From a virus: a stretch of 28,506 bases of DNA. Shown in pieces: positions 17,685 to 25,914 of this stretch. Position numbers and translations under genes: made by a program. How positions within the stretch are numbered: position 1 is the stretch's first letter; the number at the start of each line of letters is the position of its first letter. The DNA is taken from positions 1 through 28,506 of IMG/VR virus record IMGVR_UViG_3300045988_180696. One strand, given 5' to 3'. Under the pieces are notes generated by a model, which ran no database searches, had not been told where the DNA came from, and saw only the letters and a program-made list of their open reading frames with translations.

Positions 17685-19265
17685 ATGGCTAAGAAGAATA
17701 ACAACATCACTTTCAACGTCGGCATCACCAACCATTACTTTGACGCTATTTCGCGCCAGAAGTTACCCATGAGCGATGCCGCTTGTGAGCCGGTTGATAA
17801 TGCCATCTCTAATTGCAAAGATGCCATTAACATCTTGGTCGCGATTGTGAAAGGCCATGCCAAAAACCTAATCGGTGTGGTTATTGCCGACTGGGGCAAT
17901 GGTATGTCTAAGGAAAAGCTGCCGGAAAACCTACAGTTTGGCAACGGCCACAGCAATGAGGGCCCGCTGTGCATCCATGGCGTTGGCCTGAATAATTTCA
18001 TTTTGGTTGCCACCCGCAACAAGTATCCCTGGTTCATCGCTTCCAAGCAGCCTGGAGAGGACAGCTATCACCGCGTTGACGGCCCGTTCGCCACGACCAT
18101 GACGATGTCCGAGCAGGAAGAGATTCCTATGGCAGATGTCGTTATGCGTGAGCAGTTTAAGGCTCTTGGCGCTCCTTCTACCATCATCTATGTGGAGATG
18201 GACAAGGCTACCGCCAGCACCATGCTGACCAAGAACGGCAGCTGCGCTGAGAGCCGGGTCACCAGCCTGAACGTGCTGCGTACCTGCCTGGCTGAGCACT
18301 TTGGTGTCAAGTACCGCAATTACTTGGCACCTGACGCTACCGGCGTTGCTCCCGCCCGTATCCTGATTCCTGATTTCCATATGGCGAATGGCAAGACGTG
18401 CGATGTGCTCGTCAAGCCTATTTTCCAGCCGTATAAGGAGAAGCAGAAGGAAAAGAACTTCACTGTTGACTATGATGGGTACGAGATTCCTGTCAAGGTT
18501 GAGTGTGGTCAGCTGGATACGGATGCGACCAAAGGTGTTGTTACTGGTGGCTATGACTTGAAGCATTTCTACCAGAACAACATGCTTACGCAGGGCTTGG
18601 ATATCCAGCTCGGCGAGCGTGTTATCGCCACCGCTCAGTTTGATACCATCTGGGACAAGGCTCGTCACCCGGCCTTCAACGCTTTCACCGGCGTTGTTGC
18701 TGTTGATATTTCCGGTCTGCCGCGTGGGTTCTTGAATACCCTCGCCAACAAGTCGGATATCGACCTGAGCGACAAGGGATGGCGTAAAATTTTCGACGCT
18801 ATTGCCGAAAATGTGAAGCCTCTCGAAAGCGAGCCTCTCACTCTTGAGAAATATGCGCAGGATTTTGCAAATCGGCTGGTTGCAGACACCGGGAATGAAG
18901 TTGAACTCCAGTTCCCTCTGTACGCAAACCGGACTCGTATCGACGTTCTGGAACATATCGACGAGTCCCACTGCAAGATTTATGACTTCATGAGCGGCGT
19001 TGCTACTTTGAAGTCTGTAACCGAGCTGCGGACTCATTGGGATGGCATGGTTGCACAGGGCATTCAGCCTGTTTCGGCTGTGATGTTCTGCAATAAGCGC
19101 GGTCCTATGCTCAAACATACCTGCGACGAGATGAACACTCTCGTGCAGGCTATGAATGACGAGGACTTCTACATGACCCTCGAAGCTGCTGGTGGTGATG
19201 CATCTAAGATGCCGCACTACAACTTCGATGTTATTCTTGACCAGAGTATCCCCGTGAAGAAATAA
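17685..19265 (+). CDS. GHKL-superfamily ATPase (Hsp90/MutL/MORC-like fold)
   Basis: N-box ACEPVDNAISN, G1 DWGNGMS, G2 GNGHSNEGPLCIHGVGLNNF. Confidence 0.8.
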   Translation: MAKKNNNITFNVGITNHYFDAISRQKLPMSDAACEPVDNAISNCKDAINILVAIVKGHAKNLIGVVIADWGNGMSKEKLPENLQFGNGHSNEGPLCIHGVGLNNFILVATRNKYPWFIASKQPGEDSYHRVDGPFATTMTMSEQEEIPMADVVMREQFKALGAPSTIIYVEMDKATASTMLTKNGSCAESRVTSLNVLRTCLAEHFGVKYRNYLAPDATGVAPARILIPDFHMANGKTCDVLVKPIFQPYKEKQKEKNFTVDYDGYEIPVKVECGQLDTDATKGVVTGGYDLKHFYQNNMLTQGLDIQLGERVIATAQFDTIWDKARHPAFNAFTGVVAVDISGLPRGFLNTLANKSDIDLSDKGWRKIFDAIAENVKPLESEPLTLEKYAQDFANRLVADTGNEVELQFPLYANRTRIDVLEHIDESHCKIYDFMSGVATLKSVTELRTHWDGMVAQGIQPVSAVMFCNKRGPMLKHTCDEMNTLVQAMNDEDFYMTLEAAGGDASKMPHYNFDVILDQSIPVKK

Positions 19266-19272
19266 CATCACT

Positions 19273-19306
19273 TGCCGTCATCCGAAAGGGTGGCGGCATT
19301 TTTTGT
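19273..19306 (+). terminator. Intrinsic terminator
   Basis: GCCGTCATCC GAAA GGGTGGCGGC ATTTTTT. Confidence 0.85.
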
Positions 19307-19398
19307 TGAGCTATTGCTTAAACATCAAGATTCCTCATGTGGGATATAGCGTTTTGTACCGATATATGCTATAATTGGCACAAAAAGGAGGAACCGAC

Positions 19399-19779
19399 AT
19401 GGCAGAAAATAATAACAACGGTGGCAAAAACACTAATATCATCACCAAAATTAACGATACCATTTCCAAAGTCCTGGGCGATTTCCCGCCCGTTGTTCAG
19501 ACAATCGCAAAAATCGTTGTCTTCGGTGGGCTCATCCTGCTTATCGCCAAAGCCATCGGCTATATTTTCCCGGTTATTGTGAACGTTCTTTTCAACCTCT
19601 TAGTCAAAATCGTTGGCTTCTGCATTCTGGCAGCCTTTCTTTACGGCTGCTGGTACGAGGTAAAACTGCAAATGACTCGCGATGAAAACTCCTTCCTACT
19701 GAATGAACGACTCAAGTATCAGAAAAAAGAATACGAGGAACGTGAGCACAGAAGACAAGAACGAGATAACAGACGATAA
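19399..19779 (+). CDS. Membrane protein (126 aa)
   Basis: ATG 19399 with RBS AAAGGAGG; two hydrophobic segments and a charged tail. Confidence 0.7.
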   Translation: MAENNNNGGKNTNIITKINDTISKVLGDFPPVVQTIAKIVVFGGLILLIAKAIGYIFPVIVNVLFNLLVKIVGFCILAAFLYGCWYEVKLQMTRDENSFLLNERLKYQKKEYEEREHRRQERDNRR

Positions 19780-19836
19780 TACATAATCATACATAGTCTG
19801 TCCAGCTTCGGTTGGGCAGCTTTTTTTATTTTCCTG

Positions 19837-19864
19837 TTGCAGGCTCTTGCGAATCGTATACCAT
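19837..19864 (+). promoter_or_regulatory. TGCGA-type promoter P10, no leader element
   Basis: TTGCAG-gctctTGCGAatcgta-TACCAT. Confidence 0.6.
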
Positions 19865-19887
19865 AAAAAGTATGAAAGGAGTTTATC

Positions 19888-20136
19888 ATGAAAACACTTG
19901 AATCCTTTTTTAGCAGAACTGCACAGTTTGGCTTGCGCATTTATCTGACCGGCTGCTTTGGCCTGTTGATTGTTTTAGGCGCTGCAGTCGCAAAATGGCT
20001 TAAACTCATCGACGTAATTCAATATATTGCCTTTACTTTTGGACTTGGACTCCTCACTTTGCTTATCGGCGTGGTGGGTCTCTCACTCCTCGGCATTAGG
20101 CAAAACCGCAAACATAAGGAGGCAAAACGCGCATGA
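19888..20136 (+). CDS. Small membrane protein (82 aa)
   Basis: ORF with hydrophobic segments; RBS AAAGGAG. Confidence 0.7.
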   Translation: MKTLESFFSRTAQFGLRIYLTGCFGLLIVLGAAVAKWLKLIDVIQYIAFTFGLGLLTLLIGVVGLSLLGIRQNRKHKEAKRA

Positions 20137-21347
20137 GTAAAAAGATTATCAATATCACCGCAGCTGCCATGGCACTCGCCGTGACACTTTCCGGCTGCGC
20201 CACAGCTGTGGTTCAGGAGCGGAAAGACCAGGCAGCCGCAGCAGCAAGCGCAGAAGCAGCACAGGCTGCCGTCACAGCAACACCGGAACCGACAGCAGAA
20301 CCGACCCCGGAACCCATCAATGCCTGGTCTTTGTTGTCGAATCTCCCGGATTTCACGCCCGGCACGCTGGACAATCCTGACACTACCTGGCCGGACGGTA
20401 TTCCGATGGGGCAGAGTCCTTTGTCTTACGATGACGGCAGCAAGTTCTATTCGCTGCGCAGCGTTGATACCGGCAAGACACTGGATATCACGGACGTTGC
20501 ATTACAGGATGTACGGGATTTGCCTGTAAAGGGATATCTGAAATTGAACGAACTTGAAAACGGTGATACAGTCATTGGTGAAATCAATGCAGAATCCACA
20601 GGCGAAGGCGTAGAAAAGGAAATCAGTGATTTTTCCATTCACACTGCCAGCAAGGATGACGGCTGTGACTATTATCCGATTGGATATAACGGCGGTTCAC
20701 TGACCTTGATGCTGGACGGTCGTGCAGCCAATGATGGTGGCATCAATATCGGCGATGCGTTCCTTGACGGTCTCTATTATTCGTCTGTCACTCCGGACAA
20801 ATTCGACGGCTATCCGACCGACGGAGAGCCGGAGGAACAGTTCAACTTCCTGTATGGTTTGTTTGGCAATCCGTCCGGTCTCTACTGGACAAACAACGAT
20901 TCTGTCGCTTTCAATTCCAGCAAGCAGTATCGTACCTTTGAAGATTTCCGAGATGCAGATTATGATGTTGAAATTGGCGGCAAGAACTTCTATCTGGCTT
21001 GGAACTATGACGGGTATAGTGTTGTTGCGGCGTGCAACGATACCTTTGACAGCGCTAATGTGAAGGGCACTACGATTCAGGATATCTACTTGTTCCCGAA
21101 CATGACAGAAACCAAGTACCTAGTCGAAAATTCCGGCAGCCTGATTAGCGGTTATCTGGGTTATGGTGAAGTTCCCGTCATCTTGACTGGTACATACGCA
21201 TCAGTCAACAGTGATTCGACTGTCGAACAGGATACAAGCGCGGAAGAAAACACCGACGCTGAATCTGGTGACAATTCCACGGCGGACGAAAACGCTGAGT
21301 CCAGTTCCGATGATAACAGCGACAGCTCGGAAAATTCAGATTCCTAA
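20133..21347 (+). CDS. Lipoprotein (404 aa) of unknown function with an acidic Ser/Asp/Glu-rich tail
   Basis: Signal peptide plus lipobox LSGC; ATGA overlap with the upstream gene. Confidence 0.8.
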   Translation: MSKKIINITAAAMALAVTLSGCATAVVQERKDQAAAAASAEAAQAAVTATPEPTAEPTPEPINAWSLLSNLPDFTPGTLDNPDTTWPDGIPMGQSPLSYDDGSKFYSLRSVDTGKTLDITDVALQDVRDLPVKGYLKLNELENGDTVIGEINAESTGEGVEKEISDFSIHTASKDDGCDYYPIGYNGGSLTLMLDGRAANDGGINIGDAFLDGLYYSSVTPDKFDGYPTDGEPEEQFNFLYGLFGNPSGLYWTNNDSVAFNSSKQYRTFEDFRDADYDVEIGGKNFYLAWNYDGYSVVAACNDTFDSANVKGTTIQDIYLFPNMTETKYLVENSGSLISGYLGYGEVPVILTGTYASVNSDSTVEQDTSAEENTDAESGDNSTADENAESSSDDNSDSSENSDS

Positions 21348-21364
21348 TTCTTAAAAAATAGTTA

Positions 21365-21392
21365 TTGCGTATTCGTGCGAAACGCATACAAT
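21365..21392 (+). promoter_or_regulatory. TGCGA-type promoter P11
   Basis: TTGCGT-attcgTGCGAaacgca-TACAAT. Confidence 0.75.
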
Positions 21393-21397
21393 AAAAA

Positions 21398-21481
21398 TTG
21401 TATGATAGATAACAGCACACATACGCTATAATTTCACAATTCTGAGAAGCAGACTATCCGTTTGGAGGTCTGCTTTTTTTG
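21398..21481 (+). ncRNA. Leader element H (degenerate outer stem)
   Basis: TTGTATGATAGATAACAGC, then terminator AAGCAGACTATCC GTTT GGAGGTCTGCTT TTTTT. Confidence 0.55.
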
Positions 21482-21545
21482 TTGGAATTTTGCGGTGCTT
21501 TGCTGACGTTTATCGTAACTAAACACTACAAGGAGAAATAAAAAG

Positions 21546-21869
21546 ATGACCGTAACGAACACTGTAACAGAAACAGAACACTTAACTCCCCTGCGTTCCG
21601 CTGTAGAGCACATCAACTGGAATACTTTGTACCAGCAGAAAATGGCTCTCGAAGAAGTCTCTGACATGCTCTATGCCAAGAGAAAAGAGGATGACACGTT
21701 TGGCAAGGCTTCCGCCTGGCTCGAAAGCGTCATTGCACTCATGGAACGCTTGGGGGATGCAGCAGAAGAGGAAGGAAAGTTTAATTATCCCGAGCGGGAC
21801 GAAAACGATGAACATCTGGATAACAGGTTCAATCATGTGTTGAATCAGTACCCGGATGTGGATATCTGA
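21546..21869 (+). CDS. Hypothetical protein (107 aa)
   Basis: ORF MTVTNTVTETEHLTPLRSAVEHINWNTLYQQ..., acidic; RBS AAGGAGA upstream. Confidence 0.65.
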   Translation: MTVTNTVTETEHLTPLRSAVEHINWNTLYQQKMALEEVSDMLYAKRKEDDTFGKASAWLESVIALMERLGDAAEEEGKFNYPERDENDEHLDNRFNHVLNQYPDVDI

Positions 21870-21890
21870 CCAGTTCATATCAGGAGGACA

Positions 21891-22136
21891 ATGATGCGGA
21901 TTAACAGCAGTTGTGTGCTTCACAGCACCACGAGTCTCAACGCAAGAGTTCTTCCGCTCATTGGACGGGTCGGAACTCTTGAGCTGTCAAGTGGGCAGCC
22001 ACTCGTATTCAAAACAACAACACCAAAACAACAAGACGTCCTGCGTACCAGCACAGTAAAAGCTATTGGCTTTGCAGGAAGCAGAATTTTTGTCAAAACC
22101 GAAAGAGGAACCCAATACACATTTGAATTCCAATAA
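21891..22136 (+). CDS. Hypothetical protein (81 aa)
   Basis: RBS AGGAGG. Confidence 0.6.
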   Translation: MMRINSSCVLHSTTSLNARVLPLIGRVGTLELSSGQPLVFKTTTPKQQDVLRTSTVKAIGFAGSRIFVKTERGTQYTFEFQ

Positions 22137-22141
22137 CACCC

Positions 22142-22190
22142 AAGCGGCCACTAATCTCATTTTTTTATAGATTGGCGGCCGCTATTTTTT
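22142..22190 (+). terminator. Possible intrinsic terminator
   Basis: AGCGGCCACTAATC...GATTGGCGGCCGCT ATTTTTTT. Confidence 0.7.
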
Positions 22191-22216
22191 TATCAATTTG
22201 AAAGGAAGTTTTTATC

Positions 22217-23101
22217 ATGAATTTCATCAATGCCGCCACCAAGAAAGAACGCACCCATGTAGAAGAAATTATCAAGTCTCAGCCTGTTATGCCTCATGAA
22301 GGCATAACTGCCACTGAGATTGGTATTTGCGGCAAGCAGAATCTTTTCATGGACGTTTATCGCCCGGATAACGATGCCGAAAAGCATCCGATTATCATCG
22401 ATATCCATGGCGGCGGCTTGATTGCTGGCCGGAAAGAACAGAATCAAAACCTGGCAACCTGGTTTGCCAAAGAAGGGTATCTCATCTTTGTTCCGGATTA
22501 CCGTCTGGTTCCTGAAACCAATGTTTTCGGTCAAATCACCGATGTCATCAATGCGTTTGCTACTGTAGCTGAACGCGCTGAAGACTTCGGTGGTGACTTG
22601 AATCAGGTCTTTGTAGTAGCCGACAGCGCTGGCGCATTCCTTGCCTGCATGGCAAGCTCTATTCTCCGCTATCCTGTCAAGATGCAGCCGGTAGAGGACG
22701 AACTGGAAGAGAACGTACCCGAGGCAGCCAAGAAGCTCGTCATCAACGCGATGGGCCTGCAGAGCGGTATGTATTACATCTACAAGGGCCGGGTAGGTTT
22801 GCTTCAGAACTACTATATGTCTAAGGGCTGGAAGAATCACAGTTATGCTGAGTTCATCAAGCCTGAAACCTATTCCAAACTCATCCCCCCGTGCTATATC
22901 TGCACCGGGAAAAAGGACTTTCTCAAGAAACAGACTTTTGGGTTTAAGAAATGCCTCGAAAACGAGCGCGTTCACCACGACTACGGGTTTGTTTCCAAGA
23001 GAGAAACGGTCCATGCTTTTGCAGCGCTCTATCCTGAGACTGAATCTGCAGTCGGTGTGAACCGCGAGATGATTCGATTCTTTGACACCTTCAAAAAATA
23101 A
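22217..23101 (+). CDS. Alpha/beta hydrolase, HSL/carboxylesterase-like
   Basis: Oxyanion motif IDIHGGGLIAG and nucleophile region VVADSAGAFLA. Confidence 0.85.
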   Translation: MNFINAATKKERTHVEEIIKSQPVMPHEGITATEIGICGKQNLFMDVYRPDNDAEKHPIIIDIHGGGLIAGRKEQNQNLATWFAKEGYLIFVPDYRLVPETNVFGQITDVINAFATVAERAEDFGGDLNQVFVVADSAGAFLACMASSILRYPVKMQPVEDELEENVPEAAKKLVINAMGLQSGMYYIYKGRVGLLQNYYMSKGWKNHSYAEFIKPETYSKLIPPCYICTGKKDFLKKQTFGFKKCLENERVHHDYGFVSKRETVHAFAALYPETESAVGVNREMIRFFDTFKK

Positions 23102-23116
23102 CAAGGAGCATATTTT

Positions 23117-23527
23117 ATGACTCACAACGAAATGGTTCATGGTCTCTGCACGCAGGAAACTATTACCGTACAGGACTTTGCTGAACTGATACGATTCACG
23201 CTCGATGCCAATGAAGAAGTCATCTACGACGGATGGATTAACGTCTACGTCCCTATCTGGTTCGATGCAGACAAAGCATTTGGCCTTGATTTGAACTCAG
23301 AAGAAAATGCAGATTGGATTAACATGTACATTGACTGGCATCCGGACGATACCATTCGTACATACATTTCCTACTGCAACAATTCCACCGATGACCCCGA
23401 CTTCAATCTCGAAATCATCATGAGCCCTCACCACCGGGAATTGTTCAATGCGTATTTCAAAGAACAGTTTAAGGCGGTTTATCACATGAGTGTCGAAGAA
23501 GCGTGGGCTAAATTCGGCACCAAATAA
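23117..23527 (+). CDS. Hypothetical protein (136 aa)
   Basis: RBS AAGGAG, ATG 23117. Confidence 0.7.
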   Translation: MTHNEMVHGLCTQETITVQDFAELIRFTLDANEEVIYDGWINVYVPIWFDADKAFGLDLNSEENADWINMYIDWHPDDTIRTYISYCNNSTDDPDFNLEIIMSPHHRELFNAYFKEQFKAVYHMSVEEAWAKFGTK

Positions 23528-23546
23528 TATAGTGAGGAGATATATC

Positions 23547-24035
23547 ATGGCACGTAAAGAAATCAAAATTTTCATGGACGCCAAGGAAGCTGCCAGTTTC
23601 CTGAAAACTATCGATTGGTCCTGGCTGTTCGGCTTTCTCAGTGAGCGCTATAACGTTTCGCTCAGCCCTCACAAAGAGCTGAAAGACAACGGCGCAGCAA
23701 TCATCAAGGTCGAATGGCCTGATGAACTGATTGAAAAGTGCGGAATGATGGCTGATGTCTTCTCGTCAGTCAAGCTCGTCACGTTCGATTCGTATTTCAA
23801 GGAAATCGTGGAATACGATGAAGATAAGTTCAATGAAGAACGTGAAGCATGGCTTACCAATCCGACAAAGACGTTCAGCTATCTCGATTGCGATGGCATC
23901 GTCAAGGAACGTACTCTTGCGCTGAACATCTCCCTTCGCTATACGCTGTATGACGGAGGCTACAATTTCGCAACGCTGCTCTATGCGGTTTATTCCGATG
24001 TGAACGGCTGGACTATCCAAATGGAAAAGGAGTAA
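23547..24035 (+). CDS. Hypothetical protein (162 aa)
   Basis: ATG 23547 preceded by GAGGAG. Confidence 0.7.
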   Translation: MARKEIKIFMDAKEAASFLKTIDWSWLFGFLSERYNVSLSPHKELKDNGAAIIKVEWPDELIEKCGMMADVFSSVKLVTFDSYFKEIVEYDEDKFNEEREAWLTNPTKTFSYLDCDGIVKERTLALNISLRYTLYDGGYNFATLLYAVYSDVNGWTIQMEKE

Positions 24036-24583
24036 TGGCAATGGTTGAAATGGCATTTAAGGTAAATCCCGGCACCACTTTCTACAAGAATTATTTCGCG
24101 ACAAAGGAGGAAAAAGCGCATTTCATTGAAATTGCAAAGCAGTTCTTCGACAAATATTTCCCTGATGAGAAGCTCTCGTATGTTTTAAATGACCGACTGA
24201 CTGTTGATTTGAAGCCGGAGCTGCTCGCCAAATACGAATCTCAGGTCATGAAACGCCGTGACCCTCACGGTTTTGTCATCTTCAAACAGCGTTCGCCCAT
24301 GAACTGCCTGTGGGAAGATGAGGTCTGTAAGAACGTGAACGGCAAGAAATTCCTTGCCAACCAGTTCTGGTGGGCCGACTTCAACGGTTCTGGCCGCATC
24401 ACTACGGAGCTGTGGGATGATGAGCAGGGAAATATCTACGGATATTATTCCTGCGAATATGCAACTCGCAGCACCAAGGTTCCAGACACCGTTACGCAGA
24501 TTAAGCTGAGTGAATATCACGCGGCTTACGAAGCATACACGGAAGCCAAAAAAGCAACTGCTGACGCCGCTGCTACAGCTTGA
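24035..24583 (+). CDS. Hypothetical protein (182 aa)
   Basis: TAATG overlap with the upstream gene. Confidence 0.75.
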   Translation: MAMVEMAFKVNPGTTFYKNYFATKEEKAHFIEIAKQFFDKYFPDEKLSYVLNDRLTVDLKPELLAKYESQVMKRRDPHGFVIFKQRSPMNCLWEDEVCKNVNGKKFLANQFWWADFNGSGRITTELWDDEQGNIYGYYSCEYATRSTKVPDTVTQIKLSEYHAAYEAYTEAKKATADAAATA

Positions 24584-24608
24584 CGCTGCTTGCGATGCCG
24601 GTAAAATT
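24581..24608 (+). promoter_or_regulatory. TGCGA-type promoter P12
   Basis: TTGACG-ctgctTGCGAtgccgg-TAAAAT; overlaps the upstream stop codon. Confidence 0.75.
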
Positions 24609-24710
24609 GTGAATGTACGATAGATAGCATCTGCGCATTTCAGCGCTCGTACAATTCACAAACTGATACAACTAGGCAGACTCATCACCACGATGGGCCT
24701 GCCTTTTTTG
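24609..24710 (+). ncRNA. Leader element I
   Basis: TGTGAATGTACGA pairs with TCGTACAATTCACA (13 bp, one bulge) with inner GCGC/GCGC. The terminator AGGCAG-ACTCATC...GATGGGC-CTGCCT-TTTTT is almost identical to that of element C. Confidence 0.75.
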
Positions 24711-24733
24711 TTTACAGAAAAAGGAGAAAAAAT

Positions 24734-25303
24734 ATGAACACAAAACGAATCAAAGAATTGGCTGCACTGACCGATGGAGAACTCGCAAGGAAACTTCTCA
24801 TTCAGGAGTTTGGCAATGACTCTGAAACCCATTGGGGAAACAACGCACACGATGAACGTGTGATGGTTACTATCAATCCAGACGGAATCGCTCAAAGGAC
24901 CTGGGAAGCCGACCATTGGGTTCGCCTTGACGAATTCGACAAAGACGGTTTCTATGCCCGTGAGATTTACGAGGGAAAATGGGTCGATGAGCCATTGCCC
25001 AAAAACGTCATTGCACGAAATGTCACAATTGCTGCACCGAAACCTATTCAGCAGGAATCCAAAGACACTGAAATTCTTCGAGCGGCACAAGTCCTGTGCG
25101 AACAGCTGACCGGAGATGACACCTTTGGATGGAATCCTGAGCTTCTTGCACAGATTGCGGATTGCACGGCAGCTTTGCTTGCCACCAACGGAATCAGCTC
25201 TCATTTTCCGAGCGCCAATACTGAACCCATCTGCTCTTGGGAAAAGCCGGTCGTCGAATATCAGCGTCCGGATTACGCCCTGGAGTATGGTACTAACTAC
25301 TAA
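24734..25303 (+). CDS. Hypothetical protein (189 aa)
   Basis: RBS AAAGGAG. Confidence 0.75.
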   Translation: MNTKRIKELAALTDGELARKLLIQEFGNDSETHWGNNAHDERVMVTINPDGIAQRTWEADHWVRLDEFDKDGFYAREIYEGKWVDEPLPKNVIARNVTIAAPKPIQQESKDTEILRAAQVLCEQLTGDDTFGWNPELLAQIADCTAALLATNGISSHFPSANTEPICSWEKPVVEYQRPDYALEYGTNY

Positions 25304-25318
25304 AACGAGGAGGATATC

Positions 25319-25705
25319 ATGGCAAAAAACTATTTTGGTGTCGTTCTGACCACCAAGGAACACGATAAATATCGTCTTGTAGTATACCGCTACAAGGACC
25401 CTGGCATCCTTAATACCTGCCCGATGTGTCAGCTGCTTCGGGCCATTCACAAATTCCAGCAGGAATACACTGAAATTCACCGCGAACATTGCATCCGCAT
25501 CCCGCCTCGCAAGTGGTACGAGCTTGGCAGAGTAATGCCGAGTATCGTTCTGCGGAAATACGGCCTGGAAAAGCATTACGAGATGTCATTTGAGCCGAGT
25601 CGCGTGCCTCCAGCTTCTGCGCTGAAACTCATCCCTGGTGCGACCGCTTCTAACTGGAAGCAGTACATCTGGTACGTTGATGGTGATGTGACGATGCTTG
25701 GCTAA
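25319..25705 (+). CDS. Hypothetical protein (128 aa)
   Basis: RBS GAGGA; includes NTCPMCQLLRAIHKFQQEYTEIHREHC. Confidence 0.7.
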   Translation: MAKNYFGVVLTTKEHDKYRLVVYRYKDPGILNTCPMCQLLRAIHKFQQEYTEIHREHCIRIPPRKWYELGRVMPSIVLRKYGLEKHYEMSFEPSRVPPASALKLIPGATASNWKQYIWYVDGDVTMLG

Positions 25706-25711
25706 AGACCA

Positions 25712-25739
25712 TTGCACATTCGTGCGAGACCCATACAAT
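25712..25739 (+). promoter_or_regulatory. TGCGA-type promoter P13
   Basis: TTGCAC-attcgTGCGAgaccca-TACAAT. Confidence 0.8.
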
Positions 25740-25741
25740 TA

Positions 25742-25848
25742 GAATTGTACGATAGATACCAGCAATCGAAAAGGCATCCTGCCTTTCGTACAATTCACAA
25801 TCCGCATAAGAGTGGACTTTCCAGCAATGGAAGGCTCACTCTTTTTTT
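25742..25848 (+). ncRNA. Leader element J, best-formed copy
   Basis: GAATTGTACGA / TCGTACAATTC, perfect 11-bp outer stem, with AAAGGCA-TCC-TGCCTTT inside. The terminator is AGAGTGGACTTTCC...GGAAGGCTCACTCT TTTTTT. Confidence 0.8.
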
Positions 25849-25869
25849 GCGTACAATAAGTATTTTCTA

Positions 25870-25897
25870 GTGCATTTGTTTGCGAACATGCTATAAT
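25870..25897 (+). promoter_or_regulatory. TGCGA-type promoter P14, weak -35
   Basis: GTGCAT-ttgttTGCGAacatgc-TATAAT, directly before the RBS of the nuclease gene. Confidence 0.6.
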
Positions 25898-25914
25898 ATA
25901 GGAGGTATAAAGAC

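Noticed and set aside
17931-19271. 446-aa minus-strand ORF
   Set aside because: It is antisense to the GHKL ATPase, with no recognisable protein features.
19348-19375. TATAAT at 19370 considered as another family promoter
   Set aside because: It lacks TGCGA in the spacer and has no clear -35 at 16 bp. It may be an ordinary promoter but not a family member.
22193-23140. 315-aa minus-strand ORF
   Set aside because: It is antisense to the alpha/beta hydrolase, whose catalytic motifs are clear on the + strand.
24656-25576. 306-aa minus-strand ORF
   Set aside because: It spans the leader I terminator and two well-formed + strand genes, so it is a shadow ORF.
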